From Candidatus Babeliales bacterium (GTDB lineage Bacteria; Babelota; Babeliae; Babelales; JBFXEV01), in contig JBFXEV010000001.1 of the NCBI GenBank assembly GCA_050179755.1, positions 169,994 to 233,993 on the forward strand: 64,000 bases of DNA. Reading direction: 5' to 3'. The notes below the pieces were generated by a model. The model was not told the origin of the DNA. It made no database searches and saw only the letters and a list, made by a program, of their open reading frames with translations. This document shows positions 10,791 through 21,302 of the stretch, in pieces (position 1 is the stretch's first letter; every line of letters begins with the position of its first letter). The position numbers and the translations under genes were made by a program.

Positions 10791-12767
10791 TTAGAGTGAA
10801 ATGAGTAATAATGATACGATTGACATTAACTTAATTAAAATATTAAGCGCAGGTCCTGAGGTGTCTTTAAAGGGATCGCCCACCGTGTCGCCAATCACAG
10901 CCGCGCGATGCGCATCTGATCCTTTGCCACCAACATTACCCGCTTCAATATATTTCTTTGCATTATCCCAAGCGCCACCGCCATTAGACATCATAAGCGC
11001 AAGCAATACGCCAACAACGGTTGCACCAACAAGTAAACCGCCAAGAGCTTCTACGCCCATGGTATATTTTACTATAACTGGCACAATCACGGTGAGCACA
11101 CCAGGCAATACCATTTCACGCAATGAAGCTTTAGTAGCAATAGCAATGCAGCGTTCATAATCAGGTTGAGCAGTACCTGCCATAAGTCCTGGTATTTCTT
11201 TAAACTGACGGCGAACTTCCATAACCATTTTAAGAGCAGCATCACCAACTGACCTCATAGTGAGTGCAGAGACAATAAATGGCATAATGCCGCCAAGAAA
11301 CAATCCACCAAGCACAAAAGGATCTAAAACATTAAGCGCAATCAAATGTGCGCCTTGTGCATACGCAGAAAACAATGCAAGCGCTGTCAGTAATGCAGAA
11401 CCAATTGCAAAGCCTTTACCAATAGCTGCGGTAGTATTACCCAACGCATCAAGTTTATCAGTAATCGCACGCACGTCTTTACCAAAACCCGACATTTCTG
11501 CAATACCGCCTGCGTTATCTGCAATCGGCCCATATGCATCAACACTCATGGTAATACCTACTGTTGCAAGCATAGAAACTGCAGCAAGTGCAATGCCATA
11601 GAGCCCACCACCATAGGTAAATGAAACAAGCACAGAAATTACCAAAACTATAATAGGAAGTGCTGTTGACTCCATGCCAAGCGACAATCCATAAATCAAG
11701 TTCGTTGCAGCACCAGATTGCGAACTGTGTGCCAACTTTACAACTGGCGTGCTGCCAGTGTAATACTCTGTAATTGACCCAATAAGCATGCCCGTAACAC
11801 AACCCACCACTATTGCAGTGAATAGTGTGAAATCTAATGAGGCATATTTTAAATATACGGCAGAAGCTGCCAAAAATACTGCTATTGCCACGTATGTAGC
11901 ATTTCTAAGCATTGCAGCAGGATTAACTTTAAAAAAGAAGTTTGAAGCAAGACCAGCAGCAGAACTAAAAAGCCCCATAATGGAAAGCATTAATGGCAAC
12001 GTTACATAACCAAGCGTGCTATATGCAGGTGAAGTTATTGCAAGAATAATGGTTGATACCATAGCACCAACATATGATTCAAAAATATCAGCACCCATTC
12101 CAGCAGTATCGCCAACACAATCACCCACGTTATCAGCAATAACTGCTGGATTTCGAGGATCGTCTTCTGGAATGCCTGCTTCTAGTTTACCCACCAAGTC
12201 TGCACCAACGTCTGCTGATTTAGTATAAATACCACCGCCCACGCGCGCAAAAAAAGCAACCAAACTTGCCCCAAAACCAAAACTAGTAAGGAGTGAAATA
12301 AAATCTGGATGTTCAATAAATAAGTAAACAACTGCACCAACACCTAGTAAACCAAATGTTGCCACTGCAAAACCCATTACACCACCGCCAAAAAAGGCAG
12401 TTAAAAATGCTTGGTGTTCACCTTGTTGCTTTGCAGCCATAGTGGTGCGCACGTTTGCAATAGTTGCTGCGCGCATGCCCACATAACCAGTTATTGCAGA
12501 AAGCAATGAACCTGCAATAAACACTAATGCATTCACCGGCGCTGCAAAATATGCAAGCGCAAGCGCTAGTACGCCCACAACAATAGCAATAATTCTGTAT
12601 TCTTCACGCAAAAAGGTCATTGCACCCTTTTGAATGGCATCGGCAATTGACTGCGCTTTGGCATCGTCAACTTTGATACTTCTAATACGTGTGAACAAGC
12701 CATATACAATGGCTAACCCAAACAGTACGGCAATCTTGCCTAATAATGTTACCGCTAATAACGTCAT
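10791..12767 (-). CDS. hppA: Membrane-bound cation-translocating pyrophosphatase (K+-dependent signature)
   Basis: [57 protein letters not shown]. Confidence 0.96.
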   Translation of the reverse strand: MTLLAVTLLGKIAVLFGLAIVYGLFTRIRSIKVDDAKAQSIADAIQKGAMTFLREEYRIIAIVVGVLALALAYFAAPVNALVFIAGSLLSAITGYVGMRAATIANVRTTMAAKQQGEHQAFLTAFFGGGVMGFAVATFGLLGVGAVVYLFIEHPDFISLLTSFGFGASLVAFFARVGGGIYTKSADVGADLVGKLEAGIPEDDPRNPAVIADNVGDCVGDTAGMGADIFESYVGAMVSTIILAITSPAYSTLGYVTLPLMLSIMGLFSSAAGLASNFFFKVNPAAMLRNATYVAIAVFLAASAVYLKYASLDFTLFTAIVVGCVTGMLIGSITEYYTGSTPVVKLAHSSQSGAATNLIYGLSLGMESTALPIIVLVISVLVSFTYGGGLYGIALAAVSMLATVGITMSVDAYGPIADNAGGIAEMSGFGKDVRAITDKLDALGNTTAAIGKGFAIGSALLTALALFSAYAQGAHLIALNVLDPFVLGGLFLGGIMPFIVSALTMRSVGDAALKMVMEVRRQFKEIPGLMAGTAQPDYERCIAIATKASLREMVLPGVLTVIVPVIVKYTMGVEALGGLLVGATVVGVLLALMMSNGGGAWDNAKKYIEAGNVGGKGSDAHRAAVIGDTVGDPFKDTSGPALNILIKLMSIVSLLLISL

Positions 12768-12883
12768 ATAATGAAACTCCTACAGTAAAAATTATATTTT
12801 CTGGTTACATATTACTTCAAGAGAAAATTATTGTAAACCATAGTTCAGTATACAAAAAAAGCGATTCTGCCATACTTTATTCT

Positions 12884-13624
12884 ATGGAAACACCTCAATT
12901 ATCAGGCTTTTTATTCATTAATAAGCCCAAAGACATAACATCATTTGAGTGCATCAGAAAACTACAAAAAATAGTGGGCTATAAAAAAGGCATTGGCCAT
13001 ACTGGCACGTTAGATCCTTTTGCCACAGGTCTTTTGATTATTGCATTTGGCCGCAGCGCCACAAAACATAGTGATAAATTCTTAAGACTAGATAAAACAT
13101 ATGTTGCTAAAGGCAAGTTAGGCCAGCTTACTGATACATTAGATTATACAGGCACGGTGATTGTTCAAGCTGATGCTTCTGCAATTCATCAATTTGATAT
13201 AGAATCTGCCATTCAACAACTTGGCATCCAGTACACGCAAACACCACCAATCTATGCAGCTCTTAAGCATCAAGGAAAACCTCTTTATCAACTGGCTCGT
13301 AATGAAGAACTTACGGCCCAAGAACTTGCACAAATTGCTGAACAAAAACAAAGAACGGTGAACTTATATAAACTTGAACTTATTGACTGGCAGCCACCTT
13401 TCTTTACGCTAAAAGCGCATGTCTCTCACGGCACGTATATTCGATCGCTCGTCAATGATATTGCACAACGCGCAGGCTCATGCGCTACCACGTATGAACT
13501 TGAAAGAACCAATATTGGTCCATTTTCACTAGATAATGCAATAACTCTTAATGAGATTACAACACTTGATGATATTAAAAAACATCTCATTTCAATTAAA
13601 AATATGCTCGACTATCTGTGTTAG
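12884..13624 (+). CDS. truB: tRNA pseudouridine(55) synthase
   Basis: GHTGTLDPFATGLL, QTPPIYAALK, GTYIRSL; start moved to ATG 12884 to avoid overlap with hppA. Confidence 0.93.
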   Translation: METPQLSGFLFINKPKDITSFECIRKLQKIVGYKKGIGHTGTLDPFATGLLIIAFGRSATKHSDKFLRLDKTYVAKGKLGQLTDTLDYTGTVIVQADASAIHQFDIESAIQQLGIQYTQTPPIYAALKHQGKPLYQLARNEELTAQELAQIAEQKQRTVNLYKLELIDWQPPFFTLKAHVSHGTYIRSLVNDIAQRAGSCATTYELERTNIGPFSLDNAITLNEITTLDDIKKHLISIKNMLDYLC

Positions 13625-13712
13625 TTAATGCTGCTATAGGCCGTTTTAATGTTTTGCTGCAGATTGAATTTCAGCTTTTACGCGTTGCGATCTTGGTTTC
13701 TAAGGTTTTGTT

Positions 13713-14546
13713 TTAAACATCGTGCTTAATGTCAAACTTCATTCGCTCAATATATACCCAATCTAATAACGTTATCTTGGCAGGGCAATTGCCACAATGT
13801 TCGCCATTTTTACAATCAAACCATTTTTCACAAAAAACATCTGCCACAGTCCTACCAGTGCCATCTTTTTGCTGTAATATTTCACGCAGTTTAGTAATTA
13901 TTTGATCAAATTTTGTTTGAGCATCTGCTTTTTTCTTTACATCTTCTTCGCAAACAACTTGGTATAATCCTCCTTGCGCAAGGCATATGCTGCGCACTAA
14001 TTGCCTAAGTACTACTTTACCATCCGGTACCTGACTTCTTGGATAACTATGTTTAGCATCGGTAATTCTATCAGCGCATAGATGAAATAAAGTTTTTTTA
14101 TTTGCTTTAAGAGTGACTGCAAAATCAGCTCCATGACTTAGCAACAAATCCACTGATTGCCATGCATGCTTTAATTGTTGTTGGCAACGCTCATCACTAT
14201 CAGCCTTTATGTATAGTGCTTGAGCCACTGCTACATACAATGGAGATTTCCCCGTGTATGTATCAACCACATTCACTGCAGCCTTTGCTTGGAGCAAGGC
14301 ATTTGCAACCACAACAGATCCTTGTTTTATTGCTATCATTAAAGGAGCTTCACCCGGAAACTTCCGATTTGATTTATTAGCAGCGTTAACGTCAACGCCG
14401 GATTTATCAATTACATTTTGTAATAACAAGATGTCCCCTGTTGTTACCGCGTGCATAAAACGCAACTGATTGCCTACTGCTTCCTTATTCATAGCAACTA
14501 TTGCGTTTGCGGCAACAGCTATCAATAAAAAAAAGAAAATGTGCAA
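13713..14546 (-). CDS. Exported ankyrin-repeat protein with Cys-rich C-terminus
   Basis: APLMIAI, SPLYVAV, LLSHGAD repeats; start uncertain (TTG 14546 just after murE stop). Confidence 0.75.
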   Translation of the reverse strand: MHIFFFLLIAVAANAIVAMNKEAVGNQLRFMHAVTTGDILLLQNVIDKSGVDVNAANKSNRKFPGEAPLMIAIKQGSVVVANALLQAKAAVNVVDTYTGKSPLYVAVAQALYIKADSDERCQQQLKHAWQSVDLLLSHGADFAVTLKANKKTLFHLCADRITDAKHSYPRSQVPDGKVVLRQLVRSICLAQGGLYQVVCEEDVKKKADAQTKFDQIITKLREILQQKDGTGRTVADVFCEKWFDCKNGEHCGNCPAKITLLDWVYIERMKFDIKHDV

Positions 14547-14550
14547 TTTT

Positions 14551-15981
14551 TTAGAGTCTTGCAATAATCTCGCGCTCAATGAATTTATATTTAACGCCTT
14601 TAATTTCTTGATACTCATCAGATCCCTTTGCAAGCAAAGCAATAATTGAATTTTTTTGACTTATGGAATAAGCATATTTAATTGCTTCTTCACGATCCAG
14701 CACCGTATGCACTTTATGCATTAAATCTGGCGCTATACCTCGTTTAATATCTTCAATAATATGTTCTGGTTCTTCACTCCTTGGATTATCAGTGGTAAGC
14801 ACGATTGAATCTGCATATTTTGCAGCAATTCCACCCAAGATTGGCCGCTTAATAGTATCACGATTGCCACCGATGCCAAACACTACAATGAGATCTTTAG
14901 TATGTGCACACAAAGTTGAAAGCACTGCCTCAAATGATGATGGCGTATGTGCATGATCAATAATACACTGTGCACCATTGGGCAGCCCATATGTTTGCAT
15001 GCGCCCTTTAACTCCCGGAAAATTTTCTAAGCTACTCTGCAAAATTTCAGGCGCAATGCCTAAAGATTTGCATAAGGCAAAGCTCATACCAATATTATAA
15101 GCATTAAAAGTTCCCACGAGCTTGGGGCAACGCACTGCATGATCATTAATCAATAATGATAAACCCTCTGCCATAGAACTATGTTGCACACTTACGTTGT
15201 AATCAACGTCATTATTAATACCCACCGTCAAAACATTTTTTTTAGCATTAACATCTAAATGCTGCGGGATATCTGTTACTCTTGCATCATCACCATTTAG
15301 CACAATTGGTGCATCAACACTCAACTGTTCTAATATTTTACATTTTGCTGCAAAATACTCATCTTGTGTTGCATAAAATTCTGCATGCTCTTGCGAAAAG
15401 TTAGTAAAAATAACGCCAGCAAATTGTATGCCATGCACCCGAGAAAGTGAAAGCGCTTGCGCAGAAACTTCCATAACTACATGTGTTACACGTTCACGCA
15501 CGCATTCGCTCAAGAAAACATGTAAATAATCTGCATGTGGTGTAGTAAGAGATTGCGGCAAAATATGCTCACCAATTTGATTATGCACGGTGCCGAGTAA
15601 CGCAGTTTTATAGCCAGCCGCTTCTAGCATTGCACGCACAATAAAGCTTGTGGTGGTTTTACCTTTGGTGCCCGTAATGCCAATGATATGCAATTGATCT
15701 GCCTGATTATCATTGTGTAGTGCTGCTAGCTGTGCAAAACGCTCACGAATATTTTCTGCATATTCAAGCTGCACGTTGTGTGCATTGAGAAATGCCACTA
15801 AATCTTGCTCAACTAGGGTATCACAAGGTGCAACAATGTGGGTTGCACCCTTTTTTACTGCATCTGGTATAAATTGTACGCCATGAGTTTTAGCTCCTGG
15901 CAACGCTACAAATATGGTGCCCTGCCCCACGTTATCGGTGTGGCAGGCAACCGGATATATTTTTGGAAATTGGTAGTTCAT
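14551..15981 (-). CDS. murE: UDP-MurNAc-tripeptide synthetase (meso-DAP-type DNPR motif)
   Basis: GITGTKGKTTT, VMEVSA, DHAHTP, GGNRD, TDNPR; start moved to ATG 15981. Confidence 0.93.
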   Translation of the reverse strand: MNYQFPKIYPVACHTDNVGQGTIFVALPGAKTHGVQFIPDAVKKGATHIVAPCDTLVEQDLVAFLNAHNVQLEYAENIRERFAQLAALHNDNQADQLHIIGITGTKGKTTTSFIVRAMLEAAGYKTALLGTVHNQIGEHILPQSLTTPHADYLHVFLSECVRERVTHVVMEVSAQALSLSRVHGIQFAGVIFTNFSQEHAEFYATQDEYFAAKCKILEQLSVDAPIVLNGDDARVTDIPQHLDVNAKKNVLTVGINNDVDYNVSVQHSSMAEGLSLLINDHAVRCPKLVGTFNAYNIGMSFALCKSLGIAPEILQSSLENFPGVKGRMQTYGLPNGAQCIIDHAHTPSSFEAVLSTLCAHTKDLIVVFGIGGNRDTIKRPILGGIAAKYADSIVLTTDNPRSEEPEHIIEDIKRGIAPDLMHKVHTVLDREEAIKYAYSISQKNSIIALLAKGSDEYQEIKGVKYKFIEREIIARL

Positions 15982-15999
15982 GATCTTATTCAATGAGTT

Positions 16000-16092
16000 C
16001 CGCTCACAAGAACCCTTCGACAAGATCAGGCTGAGCGGCTAAGTACATTTGTAATCGACCGCTCGTCATGTGCTTGTCGAAAAATACGAGCG
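16000..16092. repeat. Inverted pair of REP-like 'CTTCGACAAGxTCAGG' repeats (family A)
   Basis: CCCTTCGACAAGATCAGGCTGAGCGG (16013-16038) facing CCGCTCGTCATGTGCTTGTCGAA (16059-16081); related copies at 47451 and 59212. Confidence 0.75.
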
Positions 16093-16095
16093 ATC

Positions 16096-17442
16096 TTATA
16101 CGCCATTGCCTTTGGCAATATATTGCGCCAAACCTTTTCTAATTACTGGCAATAACCATAATATTCCCCACAAGTTGGCAGCAAGCAAGCCCGCATTCAC
16201 CAAATCAGTTGAATTCCATACTACATCCACTTTGGCCATTGCGCCTAAAAATGTAACCGCACAGTAAAGTAGCGTAAATACGTTCATGAATTTGCCACCG
16301 GTCAAAAAGATCCAACACGCGCGAGAAATATATGCATAAGCCACCAGCACGCCCATGCCAAACGTGATTGCAAGAAATGTTACCATCCAGCCGCCTGCCG
16401 TACCAAACACGGTTCTATAAGCTGCAATAGTCAAACACAAACCAGTCTCGCCGCTATTCCATACGCCACTAGCTACAATCATCCATGCAATAGAAAAGCA
16501 CACTAAATTTGCACTAATAAACGCAGAAAGCATAGACATAATACCATTTTCCACGGGACGTTCAGAGCTAGAACCGCCAAACAAAATACCTGCTGTGCCA
16601 AGACCAGCTTCAGAAGCGTTTGCACCGCGTGCAATACCAAAGCGCATAGCGTTTTGTATGGTTAAACCTAATGCAGCACCACCGATCGCTGCAGGGTTAA
16701 ATGCACCCTCCCAAATAGTATGCAATGCAGGAATTAATGATTTATAATGATACAAAATTACTAAAATGCACGTGCTAAAAAAAAGACCTACTTTTAAAGG
16801 AACAATTTTATCTGATACGGCAACAATGCGCTTTGCGCCACCAAACATTACATACATAATAAAGGCAAGCAATATACATGCAATGACCAGTTTTGGCATA
16901 AACGGCATTATAGTAATAAGCCCTTCGCGCATAGAATTTGCTTGCATTGCATTGCCACTTACCAAAGCCAGCATGAAGCATAAGAACGCATAAAAATGGG
17001 GCAAAAAAGATCCACCAGGTACGCGAGATAAATAGATCATTGGGCCGCCAAGAGCATCACCGCCAGCGCTATGCGTTGCAAAAAGAGAGCTCAAATAAAC
17101 TTCAGCATATCGCAATGCCATGCCCAAAAAACCAAGAATCACCAACCAAACAGCAACGCCAGGGCCACCTGCATACACTGCTGTTGCAACGCCTGCGATA
17201 CTTCCGTTGCCCACGCTTGCGCTTAATGCATTTAAAAATGCTTGGAACGGCGTCATGTCTTCTTTGGTCTCTGTTTTAGAAGTTTTGGGGAAGAATACAA
17301 GACTCCACATCGTAATGAAATAACGGAATTGCACAAAAAAGAGTGCAACGGTACAAACTATCGCTGCGCCCACAATAAAAATGAGTAACGGCCAGCCCCA
17401 TGCAATGTTATTTAATTGTACTACGATATCATTGAGACTCAT
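16096..17442 (-). CDS. Alanine/glycine:cation symporter (AGCS family)
   Basis: TPFQA..ALSASVGNGSIAGVATAV..GGPG, GGPMIY, EAGLG motifs; start ATG 17442. Confidence 0.9.
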   Translation of the reverse strand: MSLNDIVVQLNNIAWGWPLLIFIVGAAIVCTVALFFVQFRYFITMWSLVFFPKTSKTETKEDMTPFQAFLNALSASVGNGSIAGVATAVYAGGPGVAVWLVILGFLGMALRYAEVYLSSLFATHSAGGDALGGPMIYLSRVPGGSFLPHFYAFLCFMLALVSGNAMQANSMREGLITIMPFMPKLVIACILLAFIMYVMFGGAKRIVAVSDKIVPLKVGLFFSTCILVILYHYKSLIPALHTIWEGAFNPAAIGGAALGLTIQNAMRFGIARGANASEAGLGTAGILFGGSSSERPVENGIMSMLSAFISANLVCFSIAWMIVASGVWNSGETGLCLTIAAYRTVFGTAGGWMVTFLAITFGMGVLVAYAYISRACWIFLTGGKFMNVFTLLYCAVTFLGAMAKVDVVWNSTDLVNAGLLAANLWGILWLLPVIRKGLAQYIAKGNGV

Positions 17443-17516
17443 ATCTGCCCTTTCGTGGCATTTTAGGTTAAAATATATCTTACATAGCATACCAGAATTT
17501 TAGAAAAGAGACCCTC

Positions 17517-17936
17517 ATGAAACTATTAGGATTAGATATTGGCGACCAATGGACAGGCATTGCCATCTCCGATGACCTTCATATTATCGCATCACCCCAT
17601 CACACAGTTGCAAGCAAATATTTGGAGTCAACACTCACCAAACTTTTTGGAACCGAGAAAATACAAACAGTGGTTGTTGGTTATCCTATTACCATGAAAG
17701 GAACCGAGAGCGACCAAACGCGCAAGGTGGTGGCACATAAAGAAGAACTTGCTCAACTCTTTCCCTTTATTGAATGGGTGCTGTGGGATGAACGCCTTTC
17801 AAGCAAACAAGCAAATGCTATAAAGCACGCAAAAACCAAAGAAGAAAAATTGAAGCAGCATTCTATGGCTGCAGCATTAATTTTAAAATCATATTTAGAT
17901 CATTTGGCCTATAAAAAGGATTTGGCAGGATCTTAA
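17517..17936 (+). CDS. ruvX: Pre-16S rRNA nuclease / Holliday junction resolvase-like YqgF
   Basis: LGLDIGD..TGIAISD, VVGYP, WDERLSS, AAALIL. Confidence 0.92.
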   Translation: MKLLGLDIGDQWTGIAISDDLHIIASPHHTVASKYLESTLTKLFGTEKIQTVVVGYPITMKGTESDQTRKVVAHKEELAQLFPFIEWVLWDERLSSKQANAIKHAKTKEEKLKQHSMAAALILKSYLDHLAYKKDLAGS

Positions 17937-18010
17937 ATTTTAGGCAGTTGACAATCGATAGCTCCCTCAGGTAAGGTAGAAGTAAGAGGAAAAGCAGTAA
18001 AGGAGGGAGC

Positions 18011-18190
18011 ATGAAGTGTAAAAAATGCTCAGGATTAATGGTATTGCAATCATTCTTTGATCATTTTATGAACTTTGATGGTTGGAAATGCTTAAACTGT
18101 GGCAAAATCATCCCCAAAAAAGAGAAATCAATTGAAGCCGATGCTTTTAGCATCTTTTACCAGCAGCAAAAATGTAAGAACAAAAAGTAG
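18011..18190 (+). CDS. 59-aa zinc-ribbon small protein (below ORF-track cutoff)
   Basis: AGGAGG RBS then MKCKKCSGLM...WKCLNCGKII...; two CxxC pairs; fills the gap before tsaB. Confidence 0.8.
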   Translation: MKCKKCSGLMVLQSFFDHFMNFDGWKCLNCGKIIPKKEKSIEADAFSIFYQQQKCKNKK

Positions 18191-18196
18191 CTTCAC

Positions 18197-18877
18197 ATGA
18201 TCTCATTCATTATTAGCACTGATTACACGCACACAACGATTGCTCTTTGTAAAGAGAAGCGCATTATTGCCCAAATTCAAGAAGAGAATAAAAACACCAG
18301 CAAGTATATGCTTATGCATATGCAAGCACTTCTTAAGGAGCATGGCAGTAAGCTGAGCGATGTAACTTTTATTGGGATCAATCAAGGCCCCGGGCCGTTT
18401 ACTACTTTGCGGGTAACGCTTGCCACCATTAATGGTATTGCCTTTGCAAGCACTATTCCATTAGTAGGCATTGACGGCATTAAAGCACTGGTAGAAGAAA
18501 ATAAGGATACAAACTATCCATATACAGTTGCTTTGCTCAATGCTTTTAATGATGAAGCATATTATGCCATACAGATACCTGACACTGACTTAAACATTGG
18601 CTATAAAAAAATTGACGCGTTTTTGCAAGAACTTAAAAATGAATTTTCTGATGTTAAGTTTCGTTTGATTGGTTCTGGTGTGAACACCTTTAAAGAACAA
18701 ATCACAAAAATACTTGGCAGGCAAGCACTAATTCCTGACTCTGTACCTTTGGCACCATCACTTGAATTTTTGGCACAAAGAGCCGTGAGCCTCTATAATG
18801 CGCAAGACGTGCACCATAAACTCTTACCACTCTATTTAAAAATAATGAATTATAAAACATCAATTACTATTCACTAA
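18197..18877 (+). CDS. tsaB: tRNA t6A biosynthesis protein TsaB
   Basis: GINQGPGPFTTLRV..A..GIAF, C-terminal LLPLYLK. Confidence 0.88.
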   Translation: MISFIISTDYTHTTIALCKEKRIIAQIQEENKNTSKYMLMHMQALLKEHGSKLSDVTFIGINQGPGPFTTLRVTLATINGIAFASTIPLVGIDGIKALVEENKDTNYPYTVALLNAFNDEAYYAIQIPDTDLNIGYKKIDAFLQELKNEFSDVKFRLIGSGVNTFKEQITKILGRQALIPDSVPLAPSLEFLAQRAVSLYNAQDVHHKLLPLYLKIMNYKTSITIH

Positions 18878-19643
18878 TTTCTTTTTTTTCAGCAGATTTC
18901 TTTTTTTCTTGTAATACCAAACTATATATTTTAGATATCGTAGATTCTTCAATGTTGCTCAGAGGACAATGTTTTCCATGTTTTGATGGCGGGCATGATT
19001 TAAAACAGATCAGATCAAAACATGTTTGGCCCCATTTATTTCTTTTGATGACAGCCTCCCATACTCTACTCTGAAAAGCCTTAGCTTCTGTTTCTGGTAT
19101 GAGTGCTTCTTGCTGCTCAGCAGTTACATTTTTAAGCGGTCCTTGCGTAGAAAAAATAGCAAAGATAAGTTCTGATAAAATGTGTAAGCCTATAGCAAGT
19201 CCACTGGGGCCTTGAGGAACAACTCTAAAACATTTATGAAAAACAGTATCTCCTACTGCAGAATCTGTTTGCAATGAAAAATCTGCATCCCGTGCTAGTA
19301 GTAGACGAGCAACTTCCATGCGCTTTTCTATTTCTGGATACCATTTGTTATGTGACGTTAATGTTATCTTTCTTATTGCCCATTGAAGCGGTGGTAACCC
19401 AAAAGTGCCAAATTGATCTACTAAGGCGCCAGCTTCTAAAAGTGTCTGTACTGCTTCTTTATGGTCTAATGCCAATACTAAAGCAGTATGGTCATGTCCA
19501 TTTTTATAGTTTATATCCACATTACCTAGAAATGGCTTAATTAATGCAACATCACCTGTTTTTGCAGTGTCTAAAAAAGCTCTCTCCATACTATGTGCCA
19601 AATTACTTACTGCCAACAATAATAACAAGCATATCATGATCAA
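18867..19643 (-). CDS. Exported ankyrin-repeat protein, paralogue of 13713-14546
   Basis: TALVLA, LLEAGA, PPLQWAI repeats; shared ADF..T.FH.C and C-terminal Cys/His motif. Confidence 0.8.
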   Translation of the reverse strand: MIMICLLLLLAVSNLAHSMERAFLDTAKTGDVALIKPFLGNVDINYKNGHDHTALVLALDHKEAVQTLLEAGALVDQFGTFGLPPLQWAIRKITLTSHNKWYPEIEKRMEVARLLLARDADFSLQTDSAVGDTVFHKCFRVVPQGPSGLAIGLHILSELIFAIFSTQGPLKNVTAEQQEALIPETEAKAFQSRVWEAVIKRNKWGQTCFDLICFKSCPPSKHGKHCPLSNIEESTISKIYSLVLQEKKKSAEKKEISE

Positions 19644-19924
19644 AATCCCTTATTGATTATCTTTATTCATTATATGTGCACTATTTGCAACATCATAAAC
19701 ACGTTTCAATCGTTCTTCATCACAAAAGTTTACACATTTTTCGTGCGATAAGCCCTGGAGCATGATCTTTTTGGCAAATTGCTTTTGCAAGCACGTTATT
19801 ATTCATGCCCTGAGCACTAAAAGAAAGCAACACCAAAAACAAAAAAATACATATTGCAAAACTCCCTAATGCGAGTAAACTATATTCTTTTAAAAAATAC
19901 TTACACAATCTTTTAGGAGGCCTT

Positions 19925-20677
19925 ATGAACCGTATACTTTTAGCACTAGCCTGCTCCCTTTCAATGGTTGGTTTAAGTTTAGCAAAGATTATTGAAAGCG
20001 ATACAGTTCTTGAAATTAAAAATTACTTAACCGCCGACTATGAACACACATTAGTTATCTTTGACATTGATAACACCCTTGCAGCACCAAAGCTAGAAAT
20101 TGGCAGCGATCAATGGGTTGATCATTTAGTGCGTGAAAAAATGAAACAAGGCCTTGATATGCAGCAAGCTTTTAATGCCGTGCTGCCCACCTATTTTCAT
20201 GTACAATTTAAAATTGCCATGCATCCTGTAGAAGATCTTACCCCACTCTTTATTAAAGAAATGCAAACACAGGGCGTTTCGGTAATTGCAATTACTGCAC
20301 GCTCTATTTATGTGGCTAGCCGCACGCTTGATCAACTTGATGATATAAATGTTAAGCTTGGTGTTCAAGGATATACAAATGAATTACATTTAAATATGCC
20401 TATTCCCTGCATATATATGCATGGTGTTATATTCTCTGGTAATAATGATAAGGGATTAGTACTTATTGAGCTTCTAAAAAACATCGATTACCTTCCAACT
20501 AAAATTATCTTTATTGATGATAAACTTAAAAATTTAACAGCAGTTGAATATGCTGCACAAAAATGTGGTATTGAGTTTATTGGTATTCGTTATACTCGTT
20601 GTGATGAACGAGTGGCAAATTTTAATCCGGTTAAAGCGCAAGAGCAGTTTGAGATGTTGCAACAGATTACTGGATAA
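19925..20677 (+). CDS. DUF2608-like HAD-superfamily protein with signal peptide
   Basis: IFDIDNTL, ITAR, IIFIDDKLKNL motifs; AGGAGG RBS. Confidence 0.8.
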   Translation: MNRILLALACSLSMVGLSLAKIIESDTVLEIKNYLTADYEHTLVIFDIDNTLAAPKLEIGSDQWVDHLVREKMKQGLDMQQAFNAVLPTYFHVQFKIAMHPVEDLTPLFIKEMQTQGVSVIAITARSIYVASRTLDQLDDINVKLGVQGYTNELHLNMPIPCIYMHGVIFSGNNDKGLVLIELLKNIDYLPTKIIFIDDKLKNLTAVEYAAQKCGIEFIGIRYTRCDERVANFNPVKAQEQFEMLQQITG

Positions 20678-20719
20678 TGATTTTACGTTAATAGATTGAA
20701 ATGATTCTTTAAGTTTTAG

Positions 20720-21287
20720 TAGAAGTTCGACTATAAAATCTACATTCTTTACCCCTGGTGCCGCTACGCGCGGCGACGCATGCCTTTTTCATGCGAAAAA
20801 GGACGCAAAAAGCATCAGCATGCTTCCGCCTACGCTAATCCAGGCCTTCATGGCTTGGCTAGCTTTGGCGGACAGGGCTGAACTGGCTGCCTGACCGCCG
20901 TAGCCTTGGCGAAGGCTGGTTCGCTGAAGACAAAACTACTGCACGCCTATTCAGGCGCAGTAGTGCTACAGCTCCATCAGACTTTTTTATTTTATCCACC
21001 TGAACTTACTATCACAGCTTATTCCTGTAAATAAGTTAAGCTTATAAATTAATGGTGAGCCAGTTGATATCCATCCACCTACACAACAATACACATAGAA
21101 GAATAACAATATGCGACGGCTAGAATTAACCCTGTGGATATTATAAGCTGGATGATAAGGTATGGGGAGCGCGAGGGATAGCATGCCCTCGCTGGTTTTT
21201 GCACCCTTTTTGCCACCAAAAAGGCGTGCGCCTGCCGCGCGTAGCGGCACCAGAGATAATGCACGTATAATATCAGTGGAACTTCTA
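20720..21287. mobile_element. Non-autonomous MITE-like element with about 100-bp imperfect terminal inverted repeats
   Basis: Both ends read TAGAAGTTC.ACT...CTGGTGCCGCTACGCGCGGC...GCCTTTTT...AAAAAGG..GCAAAAA inward; no transposase inside. Confidence 0.6.
20891..20919. repeat. REP-like palindrome (family B)
   Basis: CTGACCGCCGTAGCCTTGGCGAAGGCTGG; related interrupted copies at 20825-20876 and 47434-47486. Confidence 0.65.
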
Positions 21288-21302
21288 AATATACATTATG
21301 TC

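Noticed and set aside
10801..12228. Several + strand ORFs opposite hppA (similar cases opposite typA, SulP and the WD40 genes)
   Set aside because: Antisense shadows of well-supported genes
19720..19908. 62-aa ORF with a signal-like 'AQGMNN' leader
   Set aside because: Possibly a truncated effector remnant, but there is no RBS or recognisable domain
20987..21264. ORFs inside the inverted-repeat element
   Set aside because: They translate the palindromic arms and have no RBS or transposase motifs
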